From Microvirga sp. (GTDB lineage Bacteria > Pseudomonadota > Alphaproteobacteria > Rhizobiales > Beijerinckiaceae): a DNA stretch of 64,000 bases. The stretch is taken from the NCBI GenBank assembly GCA_036562855.1, contig DATCJK010000008.1:45252-109251 (forward strand). The letters are read 5' to 3'. Position numbers and translations under genes: made by a program. The notes beneath the pieces are model-generated. The model searched no databases, was not told the DNA's origin, and saw only the letters and a list, made by a program, of their open reading frames with translations. Positions 21,976 through 31,259 of the stretch are shown piece by piece. How positions within the stretch are numbered: position 1 is the first letter of the stretch; every line of letters begins with the position of its first letter.

Positions 21976-23390
21976 CACGCGGCCTTCTCGCCCAGCGTCT
22001 CGAGTTCGCCCGGCAGGGCATAGGCCCATTGCGTGATATTGCCGGCGCCAAGGCAGATCACGTAATCGCCCGGCCGCGCGATCCCCTTCACGAGTCCGGC
22101 GAGGTCCTCGGATCTCTCAAGCCCCATCACGCTGCGGTGGCCGCGGGATTTCAGCCCCTCCACGAGCCCGTCCCGATCCGCGCCCGGAATCGGCTGCTCG
22201 CCGGCGGCGTAGACCGGCGCCACGATGACCGCATCCGCGTCGTTGAAGCAGGTACAGAACTGGTCGAAGAGCGCGGACAGGCGCGTGTAGCGGTGGGGCT
22301 GCACCACCGCGATCACCTGCCCGTCCGTCGAGGCGCGGGCGGCCTTGAGCACCGCCGCGATCTCCACCGGATGGTGTCCATAATCGTCGAACACGGTGAC
22401 GCCGTTCCACTCGCCCGTGCGAGTGAATCGCCGCTTCACGCCGCCGAAGGCGCCGATGGCCTTGCGGATCGCTTCCGGCGACACGCCGAGCTCGTGGGCG
22501 ACCGCGATGGCTGCCGTGGCGTTGAGAGCGTTGTGCTTGCCGGGCATCGGCAGCACGAGATCGCCGATCTCGGCCCTGTAGCCCGGGCGCCGGTCGCGGA
22601 TGAGCACGCGGAAGTTCGTCTTGCCGCCGCCCTGCTCCACGTCGATGAGGCGCACGTCCGCCTGCGGGTTCTCGCCATAGGTGATGATGCGCCGATCCTC
22701 GATGCGGCCCACGAGGTCCTGCACGGTCGGATGGTCGATGCACATCACGGCAAAGCCGTAGAACGGGATGTTGTAGATGAAGGAGCGGAACGCATCCTTG
22801 ATGGCGTCGTAGGAGCCGAAATGATCGAGGTGCTCCGCGTCGATATTCGTGACGATCGCAACATCGGCCGGGAGCTTGAGGAAGGTGCCGTCGGACTCGT
22901 CGGCCTCCACCACCATCCACTGGCCCTCGCCCATGCGGGCATTGGTGCCGTATGCGTTGATGATGCCGCCGTTGATCACGGTCGGATCGAGGCCGCCCGC
23001 ATCCAGAAGCGTCGCGACGAGCGACGTGGTGGTCGTCTTGCCGTGGGTGCCCGCGATGGCGACGCAGGATTTGAAGCGCATGAGCTCGGCGAGCATCTCG
23101 GCGCGGCGCACCACGGGCAGGCGCTTCTCGCGGGCGGAGGCCAGCTCCGGGTTGTCGCGCTTGATGGCCGTCGAGACCACCACGATCTCCGCGCCCTCGA
23201 TGTTCTCGGCCCGGTGGCCGACGAAGGTGCGGATGCCTTTGTCGTTGAGTCGCTTGACGTTGTAGTTGTCGGCGGCATCCGACCCCTGCACCGTATAGCC
23301 GAGGTTGTGCATCACCTCGGCGATGCCGGACATGCCGATGCCGCCGATGCCGATGAAATGGATGGGGCCGAGCTTTGGCGGCAGCTTCAT
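21975..23390 (-). CDS. murC: UDP-N-acetylmuramate--L-alanine ligase
   Basis: 471 aa. Mur ligase motifs are present ([35 protein letters not shown]). Confidence 0.96.
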   Translation of the reverse strand: MKLPPKLGPIHFIGIGGIGMSGIAEVMHNLGYTVQGSDAADNYNVKRLNDKGIRTFVGHRAENIEGAEIVVVSTAIKRDNPELASAREKRLPVVRRAEMLAELMRFKSCVAIAGTHGKTTTTSLVATLLDAGGLDPTVINGGIINAYGTNARMGEGQWMVVEADESDGTFLKLPADVAIVTNIDAEHLDHFGSYDAIKDAFRSFIYNIPFYGFAVMCIDHPTVQDLVGRIEDRRIITYGENPQADVRLIDVEQGGGKTNFRVLIRDRRPGYRAEIGDLVLPMPGKHNALNATAAIAVAHELGVSPEAIRKAIGAFGGVKRRFTRTGEWNGVTVFDDYGHHPVEIAAVLKAARASTDGQVIAVVQPHRYTRLSALFDQFCTCFNDADAVIVAPVYAAGEQPIPGADRDGLVEGLKSRGHRSVMGLERSEDLAGLVKGIARPGDYVICLGAGNITQWAYALPGELETLGEKAA

Positions 23391-24502
23391 GAGGGTTGTC
23401 CTTTGTTGGCGGCAAGGCGCAGCACGGCTTCGGCCAGGCGTTCGGCGGCATCCCGGATGCCGGCGCCCCTGGCCGCGGCCGCGGCCTCGGTGAGCCGCTG
23501 CGGATGATCGATGAAGGTCCGGATCTCGGCGGCGAGCCGCTCCGGGGTGAACTCGCTTTGCGGGATCACGAGCGCCGCGCCGATCTCGCCAAGGGAGCGG
23601 GCATTCGCCGCCTGGTCCTGATCGAGGGCGCCCGGGAGCGGCACGAGGATCGCCGGGCGGCCGATGACGGCGAGCTCCGCCACCGTCGAGGCTCCCGACC
23701 GGGCGATCACGAGATGCGCGTCGGCGATGCGCTGCGGCATGTCCTTGAAGAAGGGCTCCGCCTCGTAGGCGATTCCGGAACCCGCATAATGCTGGCGGAC
23801 CCGCTCGATATCCTCGGCGCGGGCCTGCTGCACCACGGTGATGCGGGCGCGCAGCTCCGGCGGCAGAAGCCCGAGCGCGGAGGGCACGATATCGCTCATC
23901 ACCCGCGCGCCCTGGCTGCCGCCAAAGGCGAGGAGCCGGATCGGGCCACGGGGCTCGAGCGCCGGATAGGGCGTCTCGGCCGCCCGTAGCACGGCGGGGC
24001 GGATGGGATTGCCCACATGGATGACGCTGCCCCGCGCCTTCGGCGGGGTGCCGCGCACATCGGCGAAGCCCGTGGCGATGAGCGTGGTCCAGCGGGCGAG
24101 GAGCCGGTTTGCCCGGCCCATCACTCCGTTCTGCTCGTGAATCGCGGTTGGGACCTTCAGGAGGGCCGCCGCCATGACGGGCGGCACGGTCGGGTATCCG
24201 CCAAAGCCCACCACGACGGCGGGCTTGAGCCGCCGGATCGCCGGCACCGCCTTGAGGACGCCAAGGCCGAGAAGCAGGGCGGCCTTCGCCATCTGCGGCA
24301 CGTTGCGGCCGGAGGGCGTGGCGGATGGGATCTCGATCACCTCCTCGGCCGGGAAGGATGCCGACAGGGCGCCGACGCGCTCGTCGGTTGCGAGCGCCAC
24401 GCGGGCGCCTGCGCTCTTCAGCGCATTCGCCAGGGATTCCGCCGGGAAGAGGTGTCCGCCCGTGCCACCGGCCGAGAGGAGGATGAGCGGTTTCGTCACC
24501 AC
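23387..24502 (-). CDS. murG: Undecaprenyldiphospho-muramoylpentapeptide beta-N-acetylglucosaminyltransferase
   Basis: 371 aa. It contains the [11 protein letters not shown]-loop and a GT28 C-terminal domain ([22 protein letters not shown]). Confidence 0.96.
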   Translation of the reverse strand: MVTKPLILLSAGGTGGHLFPAESLANALKSAGARVALATDERVGALSASFPAEEVIEIPSATPSGRNVPQMAKAALLLGLGVLKAVPAIRRLKPAVVVGFGGYPTVPPVMAAALLKVPTAIHEQNGVMGRANRLLARWTTLIATGFADVRGTPPKARGSVIHVGNPIRPAVLRAAETPYPALEPRGPIRLLAFGGSQGARVMSDIVPSALGLLPPELRARITVVQQARAEDIERVRQHYAGSGIAYEAEPFFKDMPQRIADAHLVIARSGASTVAELAVIGRPAILVPLPGALDQDQAANARSLGEIGAALVIPQSEFTPERLAAEIRTFIDHPQRLTEAAAAARGAGIRDAAERLAEAVLRLAANKGQPS

Positions 24503-24554
24503 GTTGCTCCCTCGGGTCGCCGATGGTCGGTCAGGGCGTGATCGAACGGCGCCG

Positions 24555-25700
24555 TCATGCGGGCGACCAGCCGGGCATGAAACGCTCCACGCTCTCGGAG
24601 CGCGGACGGCGGCGGGTGAGCGCGATCAGGAAGCCCATGCCGAGCGCGAGCGAGAAGAGCGAGGAGCCGCCATAGGAAATGAACGGGAGCGTCATGCCTT
24701 TCGCGGGCATGAGGTGCACGTTCACCATCATGTTGATGCAGGCCTGGAGCCCGAACATGAGCACGAGGCCCGTGGTGGCAAGGCGGCAGAAGGTGTCCTC
24801 GTTCTTGCGCGCGAGCATGAGGCCGCGCAGCACGATGAAGGCGAAGATCACCAGGACGCCGAGGCACACGATGATGCCGAACTCCTCGGCCGTCACCGCG
24901 AAGATGAAGTCCGTATGGGCGTCGGGCAGGATGCGCTTCACGGTGCCCTCGCCCGGGCCGCGCCCAAGCCAGCCGCCCCGGGTGAAGGCCTCGATGGCCG
25001 TGTCGACCTGGAAGGTGTCGCCTGACGACTTGTCGAGGAAGCGCTCGATGCGGGCGCGCACGTGGGGCAGGAACTCATAGGCCGCCACGATGCCGATGAG
25101 GCCCGCGCCGCCGAGCCCCAGCACCCAGAACCAGTGGAGGCCGGCGACGAAGAAGAGCCCGCACCACACGATGGTCACGAGCATGGTCTGCCCGAAATCG
25201 GGCTGGAGGATGAGCGGAATGATGGTGGCCGGCAGGAGCAGCAGCGCCATCAGCGCGCCTGGCATGTCCTTGCGCCGCGCGCCTTCCGAGAAGGCCCAGG
25301 CCGCGATCACCACGAAGGCGGGCTTGACGAACTCGGAGGGCTGCACGCCGATGCCGCCGAGCATGATCCAGCGATGCGCGCCCTTGATCTCAGGCCCGAA
25401 CTGGAAGGCGAGAAGGATGAGCACCATCCCGACCGCATAGACGAGCAGCGCCAGGCGCCGCACGTGGCGGAGCGACAGGAAGGAGACGCAGACCAGGATC
25501 GCGACGGTCGGCAGGAGGAAGAAGACCTGCCGGTTCACGAAGTGGAAGGTGGACAGGCCGAGCCGCTCCGCCACCGGCGGGCCGCCCGCCATGAGGAAGA
25601 CGAGACCCGCCACCATGAGGGCTGCCAGGGCCGCCAGCAGCGAACGGTCCACCGTCCACCACCAGTCGCCCAAAACCGAACGTTCAGCGCGCGATACCAT
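24555..25700 (-). CDS. ftsW: Peptidoglycan glycosyltransferase FtsW (SEDS family)
   Basis: 381 aa, polytopic. SEDS motifs are present (QPSEFVKPAF, TDFIFAVTAEEFG, LPFISYGGSS). Confidence 0.95.
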   Translation of the reverse strand: MVSRAERSVLGDWWWTVDRSLLAALAALMVAGLVFLMAGGPPVAERLGLSTFHFVNRQVFFLLPTVAILVCVSFLSLRHVRRLALLVYAVGMVLILLAFQFGPEIKGAHRWIMLGGIGVQPSEFVKPAFVVIAAWAFSEGARRKDMPGALMALLLLPATIIPLILQPDFGQTMLVTIVWCGLFFVAGLHWFWVLGLGGAGLIGIVAAYEFLPHVRARIERFLDKSSGDTFQVDTAIEAFTRGGWLGRGPGEGTVKRILPDAHTDFIFAVTAEEFGIIVCLGVLVIFAFIVLRGLMLARKNEDTFCRLATTGLVLMFGLQACINMMVNVHLMPAKGMTLPFISYGGSSLFSLALGMGFLIALTRRRPRSESVERFMPGWSPA

Positions 25701-25769
25701 GGCTTAGACCCCCTCGGCCTTGTTTCGGTCGGCCCAGCCTTGTTCGATGAGACCATTGCCCATCATGGC

Positions 25770-27167
25770 TTAAGCCCCCTTGGTCGGTTCGATGCCGGGT
25801 AGGCCCCGGACGAGATCGCGGAAGCGGTTCCCGCGCACTTCGTAGTTTGGAAACTGATCGTAGGACGCGCAGGCCGGCGACAGGAGCACGACCGGCTGCG
25901 AAGCTTGGGCGGAAACGGCGTCCGCGGCCGCAAGTTCCACCGCCCGGTCGAGGGTCTCGGCCCGGACATAGGGCACCTTGCCGTCCAGCGTCCGGGCGAA
26001 ATCCTCGGTGGCGGCGCCGATGAGATAGGCTTTCTCGATCCGGTCGAAATAGGGGGCGAGCGTCGAGATGCCGCCCTCCTTCGCCTTACCACCGAGAATC
26101 CAGAGAATGCGCTCGAAGGAAGTGAGCGCCTTCTCGGTGGAATCCGCGTTGGTGGCCTTGGAATCGTTGATGAAGAGCGCCCGTCCGATGCGGCCGACCT
26201 CCTCCATGCGGTGGGGGAGTCCCGGAAAGGTGCGCATCGCACCGTCGATCGCGCCGTCTTCGACGCCCATGAGGAGGCACACCGCCACGGCGGCGGCCGC
26301 GTTCTGGGCATTGTGGGCGCCGCGCAGGGAGCCGATGCCCGACAGGTCCGCCACATCGCGCCGATGGTTCTTGAAATTGGAGATGATCCGCGAGCCCTCG
26401 GCTTTCACGGATCCTTCGTTGGTCGGGGTCAGCCCGACCTCGACCAGGCGACCGGATTGCCGCCGCAGCCGCTCGATGATGGCCCGGTTGTCCTCGTCGT
26501 CCGCGCCGACCACCGCCCGATCCGCCTTCGCCACCAGGCGTTCCTTGATGGCCGCATAATTCGCCATCGTCCCGTGCCGATCGAGGTGATCGGGGGAAAT
26601 GTTGAGGAGAACACCGATCGTGGGGGCGAGGGTGGGAGCGAGATCGATCTGGAAGGACGAGCACTCGATCACGTGCACCCTGGAATCCGACGGCGGCTCC
26701 AGCGATAGGATCGCGGTGCCGATATTGCCGCCCATCTGCACGTCGTGGCCCGCTTCTCGCAGGATGTGGGCGATGAGTGCCGTGGTGGTGGACTTTCCGT
26801 TGGTGCCCGTGATCGCGATGAAAGGGGCGCTCGGCGCAATGGCCGCCCGCTCCCGGCAGAAGAGCTCGATATCGCCGATCACCTCGACGCCCGCACCTTG
26901 AGCGAGCTTCGCGGACCAATGGGGCTCTGGGTGGGTCAGCGGCACACCGGGTGAGAGGATGAAGGAGGAAAAGCGCGACCAATCCGCTTGCCGCAGATCG
27001 CCGGTCTCGATGCCTCGTCCGGCGGCTTCCGCCATCTTCGCCGGGTTGTCGTCGCAGGCCAGCACATCGGCGCCCCCCGCTTTCAAGGCGAGCGCCGTCG
27101 CAAGCCCCGATCCGCCGAGGCCGAAGAGGGCGACGCGCCTGCCCTTGAAGGTGGTGACCGGAATCAT
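25770..27167 (-). CDS. murD: UDP-N-acetylmuramoylalanine--D-glutamate ligase
   Basis: Mur ligase motifs (ITGTNGKSTTTAL, NDSKATN). I chose the start at 27167 (MIPVTTFKG), 4 nt after the mraY stop. Confidence 0.94.
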   Translation of the reverse strand: MIPVTTFKGRRVALFGLGGSGLATALALKAGGADVLACDDNPAKMAEAAGRGIETGDLRQADWSRFSSFILSPGVPLTHPEPHWSAKLAQGAGVEVIGDIELFCRERAAIAPSAPFIAITGTNGKSTTTALIAHILREAGHDVQMGGNIGTAILSLEPPSDSRVHVIECSSFQIDLAPTLAPTIGVLLNISPDHLDRHGTMANYAAIKERLVAKADRAVVGADDEDNRAIIERLRRQSGRLVEVGLTPTNEGSVKAEGSRIISNFKNHRRDVADLSGIGSLRGAHNAQNAAAAVAVCLLMGVEDGAIDGAMRTFPGLPHRMEEVGRIGRALFINDSKATNADSTEKALTSFERILWILGGKAKEGGISTLAPYFDRIEKAYLIGAATEDFARTLDGKVPYVRAETLDRAVELAAADAVSAQASQPVVLLSPACASYDQFPNYEVRGNRFRDLVRGLPGIEPTKGA

Positions 27168-27171
27168 CGGC

Positions 27172-28257
27172 TTACCGCAGCTTGAGGGTCGCAAGACCCA
27201 CGAGGGCCAGGACCACGGAGACGATCCAGAAGCGGATCACCACCTGCGGCTCGGTCCAGCCGAGCTGCTCGAAATGGTGATGGATCGGCGCCATCTTGAA
27301 GACGCGCTTCCCCGTGAGCTTGAAGGACGTGACCTGGATGACCACGGACATGATCTCCAGCACGAACAATCCGCCGACGAGAGCCAGCACGATCTCGTGC
27401 TTCGTCGCGACCGCGATGCTGCCGAGAAGCCCGCCGAGAGCCAGCGAGCCCGTATCGCCCATGAAGATCTGGGCCGGCGGCGCGTTGAACCACAGGAATC
27501 CGAGGCCTGCCCCGATCAAGGCCCCGCATAGGACGGCGAGCTCTCCGGTGCCGGGCACGAAATGGATCTGCAGGTAGTTCGCGAAAATGGCGTTGCCGGC
27601 GAGGTACGCGATGAAGCCGAAGGTGCCGGCGGCGATCATGACGGGCACGATGGCGAGGCCGTCGAGGCCGTCCGTGATGTTCACCGCGTTGCCGGCGCCG
27701 ACGATCACGAAGCCGCCGAAGATCACGAAGAACCAGCCCACATCGAACAGCAGCTCCTTGGAGAAGGGCAGCGCCAGCTTGTTCGAGAGGCCGGGGGTCG
27801 AGATCTGCGCGATGGCGATGCAGGCGAGCCCCGCGATCAGCGCCTCGATGGCAAGCCGGGAGCGACCGGAGAAGCCCTTGTGGGACTGCTTCGTCACCTT
27901 GAGGTAATCGTCGTAGAACCCGATCGCGCCGAAGCCCGCGGTCACGCAGAGCACCACCCACACATAGCGGTTCGACAGGTTCGCCCAGAGCAGCGTGGAG
28001 ACGAGAACGCCGGCGAGGATCATGAGGCCGCCCATGGTCGGCGTGCCCCGCTTCGTCAACAGGTGCGATTGCGGCCCGTCCTCGCGGATCGGCTGCCCCT
28101 TGCCCTGCTTGAGGCGCAGGAGCGAGATGATGGAGGGGCCGAACCAGAACACGAAGAGCATGGCGGTCGCCGTGGCGCCGCCGGTCCGGAAGGTGATGTA
28201 GCGAAAGATGTTCAGCGGGCTGAAATAGGGGCTGAACTCGGCGAGGAAGGCGAGCAT
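27172..28257 (-). CDS. mraY: Phospho-N-acetylmuramoyl-pentapeptide transferase
   Basis: 361 aa, polytopic. MraY motifs are present ([41 protein letters not shown]). Confidence 0.97.
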   Translation of the reverse strand: MLAFLAEFSPYFSPLNIFRYITFRTGGATATAMLFVFWFGPSIISLLRLKQGKGQPIREDGPQSHLLTKRGTPTMGGLMILAGVLVSTLLWANLSNRYVWVVLCVTAGFGAIGFYDDYLKVTKQSHKGFSGRSRLAIEALIAGLACIAIAQISTPGLSNKLALPFSKELLFDVGWFFVIFGGFVIVGAGNAVNITDGLDGLAIVPVMIAAGTFGFIAYLAGNAIFANYLQIHFVPGTGELAVLCGALIGAGLGFLWFNAPPAQIFMGDTGSLALGGLLGSIAVATKHEIVLALVGGLFVLEIMSVVIQVTSFKLTGKRVFKMAPIHHHFEQLGWTEPQVVIRFWIVSVVLALVGLATLKLR

Positions 28258-28260
28258 CGG

Positions 28261-29691
28261 TTATCCTTTCATCGCCTGCTGGGGGGCGCCGCTGCCGAAG
28301 CGCTCCTTCAGGGCCTTCACGATGAGGCCCATGCCCGTGCTGAGGGACCCCTTGATCATTACGGCGTCGCCCGGCTGCAGGGCGGAGGCGACCGCGTCCA
28401 CGAGCTCGGCCGAGCTCGGCGCATGCGCTGCGACGCGGCCTGCCGGCAGCGCGTCGACGAGGTTCTTCATGAGACCGCCGGCCGCGAAGACGAGGTCGAC
28501 CCCGTTCCCCTCCACGGCCTCGGCGACGCCCCGGTGGAGGTCGGGGCCTTGCTCCCCGAGCTCCTTCATGTCGCCGATCACCGCGATGCGCCGGCCGCGA
28601 CCGCCGAGATCGAGCCCGCCGAGGGTCGTCAGCGCCGCCTTCATGGAAGCCGGGTTGGCGTTGTAGCTCTCGTCGATGAGGAGCGCCTCGCCGCCCTTGA
28701 GGGCCAGCATGGTGCGCTCGCCCCGGCCGACCGGCGGCTTGATCTCGGCGAGCGCCTGCGCGGCATCGGAGAGGTCGAGGCCGAGCGCCTGCACCACGGC
28801 GAGGATGCCGAGCGCGTTCATGGCGATGTGGCGGCCCGGCGTGCCGAGCCGGAACACGACCGGCCTCCCGAGCACCCGCGCCTCGACCATGGAATGGTCG
28901 GGCTTCAGGACGATGCGCTCGGCACGCACATCCGCTGACTCGTGCTCGCCGAAGGTGAGGATGCGCCCGGCTCTCGATGCCTGAGCATGGGCGCGCATGC
29001 GCTCGAAGGTCGGGTTGTCCCGGTTCACCACGGCGGTGCCGCCGGGCTCGATTCCGGAGAAGATCTCGCCCTTCGCGTCCGCGATGCCCCAGAGCGTGCG
29101 GAAGAACTCGATATGCACCGGCTCCACCGTGGTAATGAGCGCCACATGGGGGCGCACCATCCCGGTGAGCGGCAGGATCTCGTAAGGGTGGTTCATGCCG
29201 ATCTCGAAGACGCCATAGGCGCTCTCGCGCGGCATGCGGGCGAGCGTCAGCGGCACGCCCCAATGGTTGTTGTAGGAGGCAACCGAGGCGTGGGTCGCCC
29301 CATGCCGGGAGAGCACCGCCTTGAGGGCTTCCTTGGTGCCGGTCTTGCCCACGGACCCGGTCACCGCGACGATCCCGGCGCGGCTGCGCGCGCGCGCCGC
29401 AAGACCGAGCGCCCCCATGGCCTCGAGCACGTCCGGCACGACCACAAGGGGTCCGACGCCCGCAAAATCCGCCGCCCGGCTCTCGGCCACCACGGCCGCA
29501 CCCGCGCCCTTCTCGAGGGCGGCCCGGACGAAATCGTGCCCGTCACGGGCCTCGCCCTGGACGGCAAAGAACAGGTCGCCCGGCTGGAGCGTCCGGGTGT
29601 CGATGGACGCGCCGTTCACGGCCGAGGGGGTGCCATCGACACGCCCGCCGGTGGCGGCCGCAATCTCGTCCGGTGTCCACAGCACCCGCAT
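28261..29691 (-). CDS. murF: UDP-N-acetylmuramoyl-tripeptide--D-alanyl-D-alanine ligase
   Basis: 476 aa. Motifs VTGSVGKTGTKE and DESYNANPASM are present. The start overlaps the murE stop (TGATG). Confidence 0.95.
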   Translation of the reverse strand: MRVLWTPDEIAAATGGRVDGTPSAVNGASIDTRTLQPGDLFFAVQGEARDGHDFVRAALEKGAGAAVVAESRAADFAGVGPLVVVPDVLEAMGALGLAARARSRAGIVAVTGSVGKTGTKEALKAVLSRHGATHASVASYNNHWGVPLTLARMPRESAYGVFEIGMNHPYEILPLTGMVRPHVALITTVEPVHIEFFRTLWGIADAKGEIFSGIEPGGTAVVNRDNPTFERMRAHAQASRAGRILTFGEHESADVRAERIVLKPDHSMVEARVLGRPVVFRLGTPGRHIAMNALGILAVVQALGLDLSDAAQALAEIKPPVGRGERTMLALKGGEALLIDESYNANPASMKAALTTLGGLDLGGRGRRIAVIGDMKELGEQGPDLHRGVAEAVEGNGVDLVFAAGGLMKNLVDALPAGRVAAHAPSSAELVDAVASALQPGDAVMIKGSLSTGMGLIVKALKERFGSGAPQQAMKG

Positions 29692-31157
29692 CAGCCCCGC
29701 CTCCCCGCAATCGCTGCCCGGACCTCGTCATGGTCCGAGAAGGGCAGAGTTCGGTCGCCAATGATTTGGCCCGTTTCGTGGCCTTTGCCCGCAACGACCA
29801 AGATGTCGCCGGTTTTGAGGTCGTCGACGGCCGTGCGGATGGCGAGCGCACGGTCGCCGATCTCCCAAGCGCCCGGAGCCCCCTTCAGGATCTCGGCCCG
29901 GATCGCCGCGGGCTCCTCCGAGCGGGGATTGTCGTCCGTGACGATTGCGATATCGGCCTTCTCGGCGGCGATGCGCCCCATGAGCGGGCGCTTGCCCCGG
30001 TCGCGGTCGCCGCCGCAGCCGAACACGCAGACGAGGCGGCCCGTCGCAAAGGGGCGGAGCGCGTCGAGCACATGGGCCAGGGCGTCGGGCTTGTGGGCGT
30101 AATCCACGATGCACAGCGCCCCGTCCACCTCGCCGATCCGTTCAAGGCGGCCCGAAACGCCCTTGAGGTCAGCAAAGCCCTCAAAAACCTCGGCTGCCCT
30201 CCCCCCGCCCTCGACCGCAAGGACGAGCCCCGCTGCCACGAGGGCGTTCTCGACCTGGAAGGCGCCCGGCAGCGGGACCTGCGTCTCGAACCGGCGCCCA
30301 TAGGCCTCGACGGTGAGGTGCTGGGCAAAGCCCCGGGTCTCGTTGGCCACAAGGCGCAGGGTCTCGCCGTTGCGGCCAGTCGTCATGAGAGGCAGGCCGC
30401 GGCGGCGCACGCCTTCCAGGAAAACGTCGGAGAAGGGCCCGTCCGCATTGACGACCGCAGGCGCGTCGGCCGGCACGAGGGTGTCGAACAGGCGCAGTTT
30501 CGCGGCCGCATAGGCCTCGGTGGTGCCGTGATAATCCAGGTGGTCGCGCCCGAGATTGGTGAAGCCCGCCGCCGCCAGGCGCACCCCGTCGAGGCGGCGC
30601 TGGTCGATGCCGTGGGAGGAGGCCTCCATGGCGAGCCGCGCCACCCCGTCCCGGGCGAGCCGGTCGAGGGTCTCGTGGAGGGAGAGCGGATCGGGCGTGG
30701 TGAGGGAGCCGTAGGCGGTGCCGTCCGAGGTGATCACCCCGAGGGTGCCGAGGCTGGCGGACTTGAAGCCCAGGACCGCGAAAAGCTGCCGCGTGAAGTC
30801 GGCGACCGAGCTCTTGCCGCTGGTGCCCGTGACCGCCACCACCCGCTCGGGTTGGACCGGATGGAGCCGGGCGGCGGCGAGCGCGAGGGAGCGGCGCACG
30901 TCCGGCACGCGCAGGTACGGGACGGCGAGATCGGCCGGAGCCTCCCTCTCCCCGATCACGGCCGCGGCGCCCGCGGCGACCGCCTGGGGCGCGAAGCTCA
31001 TTCCATCCGCCTTCGTGCCCGGCACCGCCACGAAGACGGTCCCCGGGCCGACCCGGCGGCTGTCCGAGGCGATACCCGCAACGACGGCCGAGGCGCCGGG
31101 TGTGCCCTGCGCCTCGGGGAAGAGATCGGCCAAAGTTCTGGTCGTCACATCGTTCAT
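29691..31157 (-). CDS. murE: UDP-N-acetylmuramoyl-L-alanyl-D-glutamate--2,6-diaminopimelate ligase
   Basis: Motifs VTGTSGKSS and DYAHKPDAL, plus the DNPR meso-DAP specificity motif (VTDDNPRSE). I chose the start at 31157 (MNDVTT). The ORF-track start at 31205 is the alternative. Confidence 0.93.
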   Translation of the reverse strand: MNDVTTRTLADLFPEAQGTPGASAVVAGIASDSRRVGPGTVFVAVPGTKADGMSFAPQAVAAGAAAVIGEREAPADLAVPYLRVPDVRRSLALAAARLHPVQPERVVAVTGTSGKSSVADFTRQLFAVLGFKSASLGTLGVITSDGTAYGSLTTPDPLSLHETLDRLARDGVARLAMEASSHGIDQRRLDGVRLAAAGFTNLGRDHLDYHGTTEAYAAAKLRLFDTLVPADAPAVVNADGPFSDVFLEGVRRRGLPLMTTGRNGETLRLVANETRGFAQHLTVEAYGRRFETQVPLPGAFQVENALVAAGLVLAVEGGGRAAEVFEGFADLKGVSGRLERIGEVDGALCIVDYAHKPDALAHVLDALRPFATGRLVCVFGCGGDRDRGKRPLMGRIAAEKADIAIVTDDNPRSEEPAAIRAEILKGAPGAWEIGDRALAIRTAVDDLKTGDILVVAGKGHETGQIIGDRTLPFSDHDEVRAAIAGRRG

Positions 31158-31259
31158 CTGGTGCCCCACGCGCCAAGGCGCGCTATCGGTCGTCTCTTGC
31201 CCCACTCGCTGACGCGAAGGGTATCCCCATCCATGCCCCGCCCCGACGGAACCCGGGGA